In this document: one piece after another, positions 48,571-58,106 of the stretch
Numbering within the stretch: position 1 is the stretch's first letter
Layout: each line of letters opens with the position of its first letter
Source: an uncultured Rhodobacteraceae bacterium
GTDB taxonomy: Bacteria > Pseudomonadota > Alphaproteobacteria > Rhodobacterales > Rhodobacteraceae
Reading direction: 5' to 3'
Length of the DNA: 64,000 nt
NCBI GenBank assembly: GCA_905182355.1
Contig: CAJJBH010000007.1
Span: forward strand, 32,557-96,556
Program-made: the position numbers and the translations under genes
The notes under the pieces: model-generated
What the model was told of the DNA's origin: nothing
Database searches by the model: none
Seen by the model: the letters and a program-made list of their open reading frames with translations, nothing else

Positions 48571-49413
48571 CTATCGGTGCTGTTGTTTACGATCGATCAG
48601 TTTTCGTTTTCGCCATAAACCACCACCGTCCCCAGTCAGGTTTCCGTTTGCCCCGATGATGCGGTGGCATGGGAACATTATCGCAATCTGGTTGGCACCG
48701 TTTGCACGGGCCGCGGCCCGCGTTTCAGTGGGGCGGTTCTTCTGATTGGGAAGGCTTGCATAGGTCTGAATTTGGCCTGCAGGAATTTCTTTTAACGCAT
48801 GCCAAACCTATCCCCCATTCGCCTTTTGAAGACGCACCAAATAGGTATGAAACCAATCTGCCTGCAGCAAAGCAGTCTTGGAAAATGCACTGAGTTTGAT
48901 GCCAACCATTTTTGCATAAGCCAAGGGGAGGGCCGCCGCACTTTCAAATCCTGCCTCAAGCTGTGCAACAATACCCTGTCGACCACCAGCAAGTGTAGTA
49001 AATCCAGCCTGTAGGTTGTGGGCGCGCGCAAGGTTAGAAAAGTCGTTCCAAACGTGCGCTTGAATGCGCGACGGATTGTAGATCGATCACAACCTAGATC
49101 GCTAGTCTGATCATCGGACCAGCGATGCGTTGGGTCTTTGTCCAACTGCGTCAAAAGATCATGTACCGAAGGGTCATCCGTTATCAAAGAGTGCATTGGG
49201 TGGCATCGTTTACAGGGGCTAAAGCCTGCGTCGATGCATGCAGATGGATTGGTGTAGAAGGTGCAATTTTCACGTTTTGGTTTCCGCGCTTGGCAGGTCA
49301 GCCGGCCGTAAGCTCCTGTAGAACGGACACTGACAAACGCGTGCCTCAAAAGTGAGGTCGCGGTTCAGCAGTGCCGTGTAAAGTGTGTCGTCGCTAGGTA
49401 GATCAAAGATCAC
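48571..49413 (-). pseudogene. ada: Ada bifunctional regulator/O6-methylguanine methyltransferase, fragmented
   Basis: GTG 49413 ..TLYTALLNRD, shift to ..RLTCQARKPKRENC..PCKRC, AraC-like segment, further shifts and an apparent deletion, then RAAARANGANQIAIMFPCHRIIG..GGLWRK. Confidence 0.88.
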
Positions 49414-49490
49414 GTAGGTAGCTTAGCAATTCAGTGGGATGGACAGTGATGGAAAACGGGCGTCTATGAAAAAAGCTGAATAGACTCGGC

Positions 49491-50147
49491 CTAGATGCCA
49501 ATAAATTTCTGCATTATCCGTGGTAGCAAGCCTTTGAACCTAAGGGGCGCGTCCGTGACGGCAAGACATATGCAACCGTCGTCGAGGTCAGCCATTGGAG
49601 TGTGTTCTATCTCACTGCCCGCTATTTCGACATCACCGCGCCCGAAATGATCACCCTCGTCTTGAAAAGCCCCCTGCAAAACCATCGTCATTTCCATGCC
49701 ATGATGGCCATGATCTGGCATCGCAACGCCCGCGGGAATAAACAAAAGCCGCGCAGTTGCTTGTTTGGACGTGCGAAGAACTGCCTGCTTGGCACCCATT
49801 CCGATTGGTCGCCATTTGATCGCGTTTAAGTCCCCCCCTACATAGTCCTGTAGTGGCGTGGGTAAGACACCAGACGTATGTGCAAGATTAGGAGCAGGTT
49901 TAGGCGGTAAATCGGAAATCATTGCCATAGTAGCAGCAAAGCTATTTTCCGACATAACAGCCAAAGGTGTTGGGGTTTGATCTATCAATACACCCCCAAT
50001 AGCGTCACATGCTTCCAACTGGGCGCGGCAGGTATCGCAAAGCGAAACATGAGTCGCAACCATAAGGTTGAATGCTTCAGGCAAGGTCCCTGCGGAGTAG
50101 CCCATCAAGAGTTCATCCGTGAGGTGATGTTTGATATCTTTGTTCAT
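49491..50147 (-). CDS. chrR: Anti-sigma factor ChrR
   Basis: IKHH..HVSLCDTC zinc anti-sigma domain; cupin PDHGH..EMTMVLQG. Confidence 0.95.
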   Translation of the reverse strand: MNKDIKHHLTDELLMGYSAGTLPEAFNLMVATHVSLCDTCRAQLEACDAIGGVLIDQTPTPLAVMSENSFAATMAMISDLPPKPAPNLAHTSGVLPTPLQDYVGGDLNAIKWRPIGMGAKQAVLRTSKQATARLLFIPAGVAMPDHGHHGMEMTMVLQGAFQDEGDHFGRGDVEIAGSEIEHTPMADLDDGCICLAVTDAPLRFKGLLPRIMQKFIGI

Positions 50148-50154
50148 GTGCCGT

Positions 50155-50793
50155 TCATTTCATCGTTTGACGCAAACGCTTAAGCGCTAATCTAATTCGC
50201 GATTTGATCGTGCCAAGTGGCAGACCTGTTTTTGTGGCTATTTCACTGTGGGACATGTCCCCGAAATAAGCCTGTTCTATAAGTTCTCGCTGTGGAGCTG
50301 GTAGGGCGGACAAAGCATCGCCCAGTAATTGTGTCTCTTGCTGCAACGCTAAGGCGTCCGCTTGATCAGGTTCTTCTTGTGGACCCCAAGTCAAATCTTC
50401 GGGTTCAGGTCTGCGCTGTTTGCGCAGCATGTCAATTCTACGGTTCCGTGCGATGGTGAAAATCCAAGTCGCAACAGACGCGCGCGAAGGGTCAAACAAA
50501 TAGGCCTTGTTCCAAAGCGTCGCCATGACCTCTTGGGCGCATTCTTCTGCCATCGACCCATCAGCACCAGAATTGATCAAGAAACCTTTAACTCGGGGTG
50601 CGAAATGCGCATAAAGTTCAGCAAACGCAGTTTTATCAGCGTTGTCCCGAATTCGATACACATGATTGATCCATAGGTTTCGTTTCTTATCGTCTGTCAC
50701 GCGCCCAACACTTGCAGCTACCACTCTGGTTGCTGCCCTTTGAAATTTACCTGGTGTGTTTACCAGTATTGCATAGTTTAAACCCGCTGACAT
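50155..50793 (-). CDS. rpoE: ECF sigma factor RpoE (ChrR-associated)
   Basis: FAPRVKGF, TWIFTIARNRRID and PLGTIKSRIR; start placed just downstream of its own promoter (uncertain). Confidence 0.92.
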   Translation of the reverse strand: MSAGLNYAILVNTPGKFQRAATRVVAASVGRVTDDKKRNLWINHVYRIRDNADKTAFAELYAHFAPRVKGFLINSGADGSMAEECAQEVMATLWNKAYLFDPSRASVATWIFTIARNRRIDMLRKQRRPEPEDLTWGPQEEPDQADALALQQETQLLGDALSALPAPQRELIEQAYFGDMSHSEIATKTGLPLGTIKSRIRLALKRLRQTMK

Positions 50794-50800
50794 GCCAAAG

Positions 50801-50827
50801 ATACGATAGGGACAGGATATTGGATCA
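50801..50827 (-). promoter_or_regulatory. sigmaE promoter for rpoE-chrR
   Basis: Minus strand TGATCC-N16-CGTAT, 7 nt before the ATG; matches the recalled Rhodobacter RpoE consensus. Confidence 0.85.
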
Positions 50828-50846
50828 AATATATTTTTCACCCCTA

Positions 50847-50873
50847 GCATCCGTTTTGGTTTGTGCGGCGTAT
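50847..50873 (+). promoter_or_regulatory. sigmaE-type promoter for the divergent operon
   Basis: GCATCC-N16-CGTAT. Confidence 0.7.
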
Positions 50874-50910
50874 ATCCTTCTAATGAGTGTATGAGCGGGA
50901 CAATAAATTT

Positions 50911-52209
50911 ATGCCTTTTGACAAAACCAATTTGGGTGCGCAGAAGATTGCGGTCATCGGTGGTGGCATTTCTGGCATGGGAGCTGCTTATAAATTGAGC
51001 AAACACATGCAGGTGACGTTGTTCGAGGCAGAACCGCGTTTGGGTGGCCACGCACGTACAAAAATGGCAGGAAAACGCGGTGATCAACCCGTGGATACTG
51101 GGTTCATCGTGTTTAACTATGCTAATTACCCACACATGGCCGCGTTGTTTGCCGAATTGGGCGTCCCTGTCGTAAAATCCAATATGAGCTTTGGGGCATC
51201 CATTGGTGGGGGGCGTTTGGAATATGGGTTAGCCAGTTTGGACGCCTTGTTCGCCCAACGCATGAATGCGGTGAACCCGAAATTTCTTAGGATGGTGCGT
51301 GATATCTTGCGGTTTAACAAAAACGCGTTGCGCCTTGCGGAAGATCGAAACTTAACGACGGCGCAATTCTTGGACAAGCTTGGCACGGGAGATTGGTTCC
51401 GCGATTATTATTTGTTGCCATTGTCTGGGGCGATTTGGTCGACGCCAACTCATAAGATTATGGATTTCCCAGCCCACGCCATGATTCAGTTTTTTGAGAA
51501 CCACGCCCTTCTTAATACGACAGGTCAACATCAGTGGTATACGGTTGACGGCGGTTCGATTGAATATGTGCGCAGGCTTGAGGCGGCGATGCTTGGTCGT
51601 GGAGTAACGGTGCGGTTAGACGCGCCAGTGCAATCGGTGCGCCGCGTTGCTGGTGGTGTGGAGGTCAAAGCACTCGGCGGCGAGTGGGAAGCCTTTGATC
51701 AGGTAATTTTTGGCACTCACTCAGACGATACATTGAGCTTGTTGTCTGATCCAAATAAAGCGGAGCGTGACGCTTTGGGTGCGATTGCCTATCAACCTAA
51801 TGAGATCACACTGCATGCAGATGAAAGCATAATGCCAAAACGTCGCCAAACGTGGTCCTCGTGGGTATATACAGAAGACAAGAAGGTCGCAGGTGATCAG
51901 ATCGACCTAACCTACTGGATGAATTCCCTGCAGCCTATTCCTATGGACGATCCTCATTTCGTGACGCTGAATACGAAACGGACCATTCGCGAAGATTTGA
52001 TTTATGATCAGGTTACACTGCGCCATCCAGTGTATGATTTGGCGGCGCTGGCGGCGCAAGAAAAGATCCGCGCGATGAATGGGATGAATAGCACTTGGTT
52101 CACAGGTGCATGGCTGCGACATGGGTTCCATGAAGATGGACTTGATAGCGCCGTAAACGTCGCCGACGCGATACTGCGTACGCCAGCCCAAAGCCTTGCC
52201 GCAGAGTAA
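50911..52209 (+). CDS. ufaD: FAD-dependent oxidoreductase, UfaD-like (methylated fatty acid desaturase)
   Basis: IGGGISG, LGGHART, VDTGFIVFN..YP and GFHEDG; divergent from rpoE. Confidence 0.8.
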   Translation: MPFDKTNLGAQKIAVIGGGISGMGAAYKLSKHMQVTLFEAEPRLGGHARTKMAGKRGDQPVDTGFIVFNYANYPHMAALFAELGVPVVKSNMSFGASIGGGRLEYGLASLDALFAQRMNAVNPKFLRMVRDILRFNKNALRLAEDRNLTTAQFLDKLGTGDWFRDYYLLPLSGAIWSTPTHKIMDFPAHAMIQFFENHALLNTTGQHQWYTVDGGSIEYVRRLEAAMLGRGVTVRLDAPVQSVRRVAGGVEVKALGGEWEAFDQVIFGTHSDDTLSLLSDPNKAERDALGAIAYQPNEITLHADESIMPKRRQTWSSWVYTEDKKVAGDQIDLTYWMNSLQPIPMDDPHFVTLNTKRTIREDLIYDQVTLRHPVYDLAALAAQEKIRAMNGMNSTWFTGAWLRHGFHEDGLDSAVNVADAILRTPAQSLAAE

Positions 52210-52967
52210 TGCGCACCGTTGATCATATCAAAGGGATGACCTTTCATGGTCGTAAAGGCGATGTGCAGAATGCATTTCGTTATTCCATTGATTATGTTCT
52301 GCTGGATGCAGAAACACAGGTGACTGCCCCAAGTCTTTTCATGCGAAACGGGCGTGGTATTACGGCCCTTAATGACGTCGATCATGGTGGCACACCTAAA
52401 CAGGGACGCGGTGCTGCATGGGTTCGTGATGTTCTTGCGACCCATAACGTAAACGGCGTTACTAGGATCGAGTTACTGGCGCAGCCTAAAGTGCTGGGTC
52501 ATGTATTTAATCCGATCAGCTTCTGGTTGTGCCGTCGGGCTGATGATGATGCGTTGATCGCTGTGATTTCTGAGGTATCCAACACCTTTGGGGATCGCCA
52601 TTCATATTTAGTTCATCATCCCGATATGCGTCCAATTTTAGCCTCTGATCGTTTTAAGGCGCAAAAATTAATGCATGTTTCGCCCTTTCAGCCAATCGAG
52701 GGTGGTTATGAATTTCGCTTTGATATCCGCGAAGACCGCGTCGGCGTGTGGATTGACTATAGCCAAGGGAAAGGTGGCGTTATCGCGACACTCACTGGTA
52801 AGCGCACGCCGCTTAGCAATAGCGTCATTATGAGTATGTTGTTGTTTCGCCCATTTGGGTCGCGTCGCGTGCTTGGCTTGATCCACTGGCAAGCGGTAAA
52901 GCTGTGGTGGAAAAAAGCGCGATTCCGTTCGTGCCCAACGGCACCATCCAACGAAGTGTCGCGCTGA
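52209..52967 (+). CDS. ufaO: DUF1365 protein, UfaO-like
   Basis: GHVFNPISFW, EVSNTFGDRHSY, MHVSPF and IHWQAVKLW. Confidence 0.8.
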   Translation: MRTVDHIKGMTFHGRKGDVQNAFRYSIDYVLLDAETQVTAPSLFMRNGRGITALNDVDHGGTPKQGRGAAWVRDVLATHNVNGVTRIELLAQPKVLGHVFNPISFWLCRRADDDALIAVISEVSNTFGDRHSYLVHHPDMRPILASDRFKAQKLMHVSPFQPIEGGYEFRFDIREDRVGVWIDYSQGKGGVIATLTGKRTPLSNSVIMSMLLFRPFGSRRVLGLIHWQAVKLWWKKARFRSCPTAPSNEVSR

Positions 52968-54223
52968 TGAGCGAGATGGCCGTTCAAAGCGAAGGCACGG
53001 ATGCTAAAAGCCTGCCTGCCTACGCCGTATTTGCGGCGTTACTATCTGCCGCAGGGTTGCCAATTTACATTCATGCACCAAAGTATTTTGTTGATGAATA
53101 CGGAGTTTCCTTGGTCGCCCTCGGAACCGTTCTATTTGCTTTGCGCCTGCTTGATGTGGTGCAAGATCCGCTGTTTGGGCGTTGGTCGGCGCGGTTGGGT
53201 CAGTATCGAGAGATTGCAGTTAAAATTGCCTGCATTGTCATTTCCCTTGGTATGCTGGGATTGTTCGCCGTACCGCCGATGTTACCACCTCTCATGTGGT
53301 TTGGATTGATGCTCGCATTGGTATTTTCCGCTTTTTCGTTCCTGACAATCAACTTCTACGCGCAAGGTGTTCAAAAGGCGTCCCATCTTGGGAAATCTGG
53401 ACATTTGCGTTTGGCCCGTTGGCGCGAAACGGGTGCTTTGGTTGGTGTGTGTGTGGCCGCAATTGCGCCAGTGGTTCTGATCTATTTTATGGATGCGCCA
53501 TTTGTTGGCTTCGCAGTAGGTTTTGTGGTGCTCGCAATTGCTTCAGCAATTTTGATGCGCGGCGAATGGTCTGCGAATCTTACAACTAAGCCATCGGGTT
53601 TTGGCGTTGTTCTAGGGGATCCGATTGCGCGACGTCTTCTGCTCATTGCATTCGTGAATGCTGCCCCTGTAGCAGTCAGTTCAACGCTATTCCTATTTTA
53701 TGTTGAATCGCGATTGATGGCCGTGGGTATGGAAGGCCCATTGCTGCTTTTGTTCTTTTTGTCTGCTGCTGTATCAGCGCCGATTTGGGGGCGAGTGGCA
53801 GAGAAAGTAGGCGCGAAAGTCGTTCTTATGGTGGCGATGGCTTTGGCAATCGTAACCTTTGGGTTTGCCTGTATTTTAGGTGCAGGTGATTGGGTTGCTT
53901 TTGCGTTTGTTTGTATCGGGTCGGGGGCTGCGCTTGGTGCTGATTTGACCATTTTACCGGCCTTGTTTGCGAAACGGATGGGGCAAATATCGCCCAATGC
54001 CACCGAAGGGTTTGGACTTTGGTCGTTTGTTTCAAAACTTACGCTCGCTTTTGCCGCAGTCTTGTTATTGCCAACTTTGCAGCGGGTCGGTTTTGACAGC
54101 GGATCGCTCACCAACTCACCTGACGCATTGTTCATTTTGACGCTCCTTTATGCCGCTGTCCCTTGTGGGCTCAAAATGTTGGCGCTGGCCTTGTTGGCGA
54201 CAACTAATCTTATGGAGGACTAA
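52967..54223 (+). CDS. MFS transporter (GPH/MelB-like)
   Basis: About 12 TM segments; RLLDVVQDPLFG and FGLWSFVSKL. Confidence 0.88.
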   Translation: MSEMAVQSEGTDAKSLPAYAVFAALLSAAGLPIYIHAPKYFVDEYGVSLVALGTVLFALRLLDVVQDPLFGRWSARLGQYREIAVKIACIVISLGMLGLFAVPPMLPPLMWFGLMLALVFSAFSFLTINFYAQGVQKASHLGKSGHLRLARWRETGALVGVCVAAIAPVVLIYFMDAPFVGFAVGFVVLAIASAILMRGEWSANLTTKPSGFGVVLGDPIARRLLLIAFVNAAPVAVSSTLFLFYVESRLMAVGMEGPLLLLFFLSAAVSAPIWGRVAEKVGAKVVLMVAMALAIVTFGFACILGAGDWVAFAFVCIGSGAALGADLTILPALFAKRMGQISPNATEGFGLWSFVSKLTLAFAAVLLLPTLQRVGFDSGSLTNSPDALFILTLLYAAVPCGLKMLALALLATTNLMED

Positions 54224-54226
54224 GGG

Positions 54227-54805
54227 ATGAGTGGGTTTTTTTACATGTTGTTGGGCGCATCGCTCGTATTTGGGCTGAACCTTTTAAGGCTGCGCTACGC
54301 TAGTTTTATTGCGCAGAACCCGCAAGATTACGTTGGCGACAGCGTTGAATTTGATTTGCGGCAGCACCTTAATGGACCCATCGATTGCGAAGGTGTGATC
54401 TACGGACCCTTTGGGCGGGTAACCAGCCGTTTTGTTGGTGCATTCAACTGTGAATGGACCGGAAATCACGGGGTAATGCGTGAAAAATTTACTTACGATG
54501 ATGGGTCCATTCAGAACCGCGAATGGAGTTTGACCCTAGATGAGAATGGCATGATCAAGGCGCTAGCGCCTGATGTTATTGGCGAGGGAACTGGCGTTCA
54601 ATCTGGATCGTCGGTGCAGTTAAAATACCGAATTAGAATGCCGGAAAGTGCGGGTAGCCATGTCTTGGATACTGTCGATTGGTTGTACTTGGCACCCAAC
54701 GGCAACATCATAAATCGGTCCCAATTTCGTAAGTTCGGTATTCAAGTTGCGGAATTGGTTGCTACAATGCGGCCCGTAAATGCGACATCTAAGGGGGCAC
54801 TATAG
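54227..54805 (+). CDS. DUF3833 family protein
   Basis: EKFTYDDG..REW, DWLY, INRS and KFG. Confidence 0.8.
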   Translation: MSGFFYMLLGASLVFGLNLLRLRYASFIAQNPQDYVGDSVEFDLRQHLNGPIDCEGVIYGPFGRVTSRFVGAFNCEWTGNHGVMREKFTYDDGSIQNREWSLTLDENGMIKALAPDVIGEGTGVQSGSSVQLKYRIRMPESAGSHVLDTVDWLYLAPNGNIINRSQFRKFGIQVAELVATMRPVNATSKGAL

Positions 54806-55536
54806 TGCGCGAATGGCATGGAAAGCGGTATTGGTTGGTTGGTGCAAGTGATGGCTTGGGCGCAGCCTTGGCCCAATTGATGAGCCGCGCTGGAGCAGAA
54901 GTTATTGTATCTGCCCGTTCGGAAGAAAAGCTAGCTAAGGTAGTGGATGGCTTGCAGGGGAAAGCCAGCTATCAAGTTGTCGATATAGCTGACGATGCGA
55001 GTGTTAAATCTGCGGCTGAAGCTGTCGGCGAGATCGACGGGTTGGTTTTACTTGCAGGTGTGTATTGGCCCTTTGGTGCAAAAGACTGGAACGCAGATCA
55101 GGCGACTGCAATGGCGGATATTAACTTTACAGGATTTATCCGGGTTTTGGGGCAAGTTGTCCCGAAATTAGTGGCTAAAGATGACGGCCACATTGTTATT
55201 ACATCCAGCTTGACAGGGTTTCGTGGGCTGCCACGGTCCATCGGTTACACTGCCTCCAAAGCGGCGACGATGTCATTGGCAGAATGTATGTACGCCGATT
55301 TGCGCAAGACAGGCGTCAAGGTACAGGTTGCAAACCCCGGGTTCATTAAGACGCAACTTACAGCGAAAAACGACTTTAAAATGCCGTTCATCATGGAGGT
55401 TGATGCAGCCGCCCGCGAGATTTTTGAACACATGAACGACACGGTTTTCAAAAAAAGCTTTCCACGGCTCTTCTCGCTGGTGTTCAGGGGCAGCCAGTTT
55501 CTACCAGATTGGTTATATTACCGCATTTTTACTTAA
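54805..55536 (+). CDS. Short-chain dehydrogenase/reductase
   Basis: GASDGLG, YTASK and NPGFIKT. Confidence 0.92.
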   Translation: MREWHGKRYWLVGASDGLGAALAQLMSRAGAEVIVSARSEEKLAKVVDGLQGKASYQVVDIADDASVKSAAEAVGEIDGLVLLAGVYWPFGAKDWNADQATAMADINFTGFIRVLGQVVPKLVAKDDGHIVITSSLTGFRGLPRSIGYTASKAATMSLAECMYADLRKTGVKVQVANPGFIKTQLTAKNDFKMPFIMEVDAAAREIFEHMNDTVFKKSFPRLFSLVFRGSQFLPDWLYYRIFT

Positions 55537-55555
55537 GTTTGAAACGCACCGCAGC

Positions 55556-56611
55556 TCAAAGCGCTTTGGTGTGTTCTAAGAACGTGTCGTTCGCGCGGCC
55601 CCAAACATCTGCTGTCATATCGGATAGCTTTAACAACGATGGCAAAAGCTGTTCTGCGAAATCTTGTGAACTTTCGGCTGGCAGCATCGATGGCAAGTTG
55701 TCGATCGCTGTCACATCAAGTGGTGGTTCATCGGCGACGCGCAAGGCGGGTTTATCCCATGTTGTGGTGCGGTCATAAACTTTGATGGGTGAAAAGTCGC
55801 TATCGGGATCACATGCGATATCACCAATTACCGTCAGGGTGCGGTCCGCGGTTTTTGCGGTCTTTGGAACAAAAACAGGCGTACCTGATCGCGCTAAGAT
55901 GCAGTTGAAGAAGATGTTGTGCTTCAGAACTTCTGGGAATGGTCCACCCGTTGCAGTTTCGGCCATATCCCAAAGCGTAGTAGAAACACCCATCTTGGCG
56001 CAAAGATCAGCCGCACCAGTTCCAACGCGACCTAATGCGCCAATCACCAAAGCATTGGGCCGAGGGGCGGAGATGGTATCAAATTCGTGGTTTAGGTCAG
56101 CGAGAAGTTTGGATGAGCTGGAATAGGTTTTAACGGGTCCTGCGACCTCAGCCCGTTGTTGTGCGGCCCAACATTTCAGGGCGATGGCAGCACCAGCATA
56201 GCCAGCCCAATACCCAAAGGCAGCAACGCGTCGCCCTGCTGGATCAACAAGGTATTCTAGATCGTATAGACACCCGCCGCCTGCAACGAACCTTTTGAGT
56301 AAGCGTTGACCACTAGGTTGCCCTTTAAAGGCATGACCAAACAGGATGTGTTTGTGTGGCAGTGGGGTGCCATCATCGGGCAATTCTTTTAACCCAAAAA
56401 TGATTGCGTCGGCTGGGGCAGATGGCCAGCTGTGCTCTGGCGCTGTATTGCACCCTGCATCGATATAACCATGTATCGGGATGCAACGTGTTGAACTTTG
56501 TTCAACTGTGACGGTGATGCCGGATTTGATCAATGCGGCGGCACCTTCTGGCGTCAATCCAACGCGTTCTTCGTTGCCTCGCTGTTCGGCACGTACCCAT
56601 AGATGTGTCAT
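55556..56611 (-). CDS. Saccharopine dehydrogenase (Lys1/AlaDH-PNT type)
   Basis: LWVRAE, GLKEL, FGHAFKGQ, DLEYL, AFGYWAG, GALGRVG and IDNLPSMLP. Confidence 0.88.
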   Translation of the reverse strand: MTHLWVRAEQRGNEERVGLTPEGAAALIKSGITVTVEQSSTRCIPIHGYIDAGCNTAPEHSWPSAPADAIIFGLKELPDDGTPLPHKHILFGHAFKGQPSGQRLLKRFVAGGGCLYDLEYLVDPAGRRVAAFGYWAGYAGAAIALKCWAAQQRAEVAGPVKTYSSSSKLLADLNHEFDTISAPRPNALVIGALGRVGTGAADLCAKMGVSTTLWDMAETATGGPFPEVLKHNIFFNCILARSGTPVFVPKTAKTADRTLTVIGDIACDPDSDFSPIKVYDRTTTWDKPALRVADEPPLDVTAIDNLPSMLPAESSQDFAEQLLPSLLKLSDMTADVWGRANDTFLEHTKAL

Positions 56612-57225
56612 GTTAGTATCCCCAATTCACGGATTTTCCGGACGGAAGCGCGGGTTTCCATCATTGCCATATGACCGGTGATCTTAGGGTAGTTTGATAC
56701 TGAGACACTATCACCTTCAAGCCATGTGCAAACGTTGAATAGATAAATGTCAGCGACTGAAAACATATCACCTAAAACGAACGGTCCAGTCAGGCATTCG
56801 TCTTCAACGTATTGGGCTGATGCTGCCATCGTTTCAGGGACCTTTGCGGTCATGTCATCAAAACTGGATTTGCTATTTGCCCAGCGACTTCCACGTATCC
56901 GGTGTGCGTGATTGATGTGCATGGTGGAGGCGAGGTAAAACATTACGCTACGCATTTGGGCAACCTGCAACGGATCAGTGGGAACAAGGTTTTTAAGTCG
57001 TGCGAGGGACGCGATCAATTCTAAAAGGGCACCCGTTTCGGTAAACGCCCTTCCTTCAATGATCAGGGTAGGCACACGCCCTTTTGGGTTTATTGCAAGG
57101 TAGTCTGCGCCAGTCTGCTGTGACTTGGAGAAATCAACCAGCGTAAGGTCATGGGCGATGCCCGCCTCTTGCAGCGCAATCGCAACAGACATCGAAATCG
57201 TATTTGGAGTGTAAAATAGCTGCAT
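56608..57225 (-). CDS. Glutathione S-transferase
   Basis: INPKGRVPTL, TETGA and FSVADIY. Confidence 0.93.
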   Translation of the reverse strand: MQLFYTPNTISMSVAIALQEAGIAHDLTLVDFSKSQQTGADYLAINPKGRVPTLIIEGRAFTETGALLELIASLARLKNLVPTDPLQVAQMRSVMFYLASTMHINHAHRIRGSRWANSKSSFDDMTAKVPETMAASAQYVEDECLTGPFVLGDMFSVADIYLFNVCTWLEGDSVSVSNYPKITGHMAMMETRASVRKIRELGILT

Positions 57226-57237
57226 GATCTGTTCCTT

Positions 57238-57891
57238 CTAAACATGGGTCTGTGCGTAATGACGATCGGGCGTTTCGAGGTGTGGAACAGCGTTGAACAT
57301 CACTGGCGACCACGTTCCGCCCACAGGATACAAGCGGTGCATGGAGCTGTTCATGATCGCTAGGGCCAGATTGGCCATCTTGGTTATGTCCAGATCAAGG
57401 TGCTGACGCATCACCATCGAAATTAGGCCACCCGATGTGACCACCAGTGCTGGTCCGTCCCCAGCGCCAATTTCCGTGATCACATCGTTGACGCGGGCTT
57501 CAAACTCAGAGAACCGTTCCGGAGCCCCCTCGATTTCATTTGCTTGCCATGCAGCAAAAACACGAGGCAAATGATATACAAATTCGGGTTGTGCAGTTGG
57601 CATTGGGACACCGTGTTCGGCCTCTAAGGCTGTGGCAAGTGTGAAGTATTCCAGCTCGTTCAGGCGTGCATCGCGGATCGGTGTTAATCCCGTTGCCATG
57701 CCATCTGCGGTTTCGGCGTGACGGCGTAGGGTTCCAGTATAAAGCCGGTGGTGAGGTTGGCCTGTCGCTTTCATGTGTTGTCCAAGCCACTGTGCTTGTT
57801 GATGGCCAAGCGGGCTAAGTCGGTCATAGCTGGCTTCGTCTTTGGCCTCGGAATTGGCTTGTCCATGACGGATGAGGGTGATGTGGGACAT
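57238..57891 (-). CDS. Histidine phosphatase (phosphoglycerate mutase) family protein
   Basis: RHGQA, LSPLG and LRRH..TA. Confidence 0.9.
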   Translation of the reverse strand: MSHITLIRHGQANSEAKDEASYDRLSPLGHQQAQWLGQHMKATGQPHHRLYTGTLRRHAETADGMATGLTPIRDARLNELEYFTLATALEAEHGVPMPTAQPEFVYHLPRVFAAWQANEIEGAPERFSEFEARVNDVITEIGAGDGPALVVTSGGLISMVMRQHLDLDITKMANLALAIMNSSMHRLYPVGGTWSPVMFNAVPHLETPDRHYAQTHV

Positions 57892-58106
57892 GTGCGTTCC
57901 TTGTGCCGTTTCATCGATTGATAGGGGAGGGTGAAGCTGGTTGGAAGGGGTGGACGCTCCGCGGGAAGTTTATTTGGCAAGATGAACAAGGGGGTTGCGT
58001 GTTTGTCTGCGGTTGGTGGCGTAAATCCTACTATGGGTGTCGCGATTGAGAGTCCTGATTTGGCCTGCGATTTGATAAAGGTGGCGGCAACAGAGGGAGA
58101 CGTACC

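Noticed and set aside
50794-51135. N-terminal extension making RpoE 326 aa
   Set aside because: Overlaps the divergent gene and runs through rpoE's own promoter
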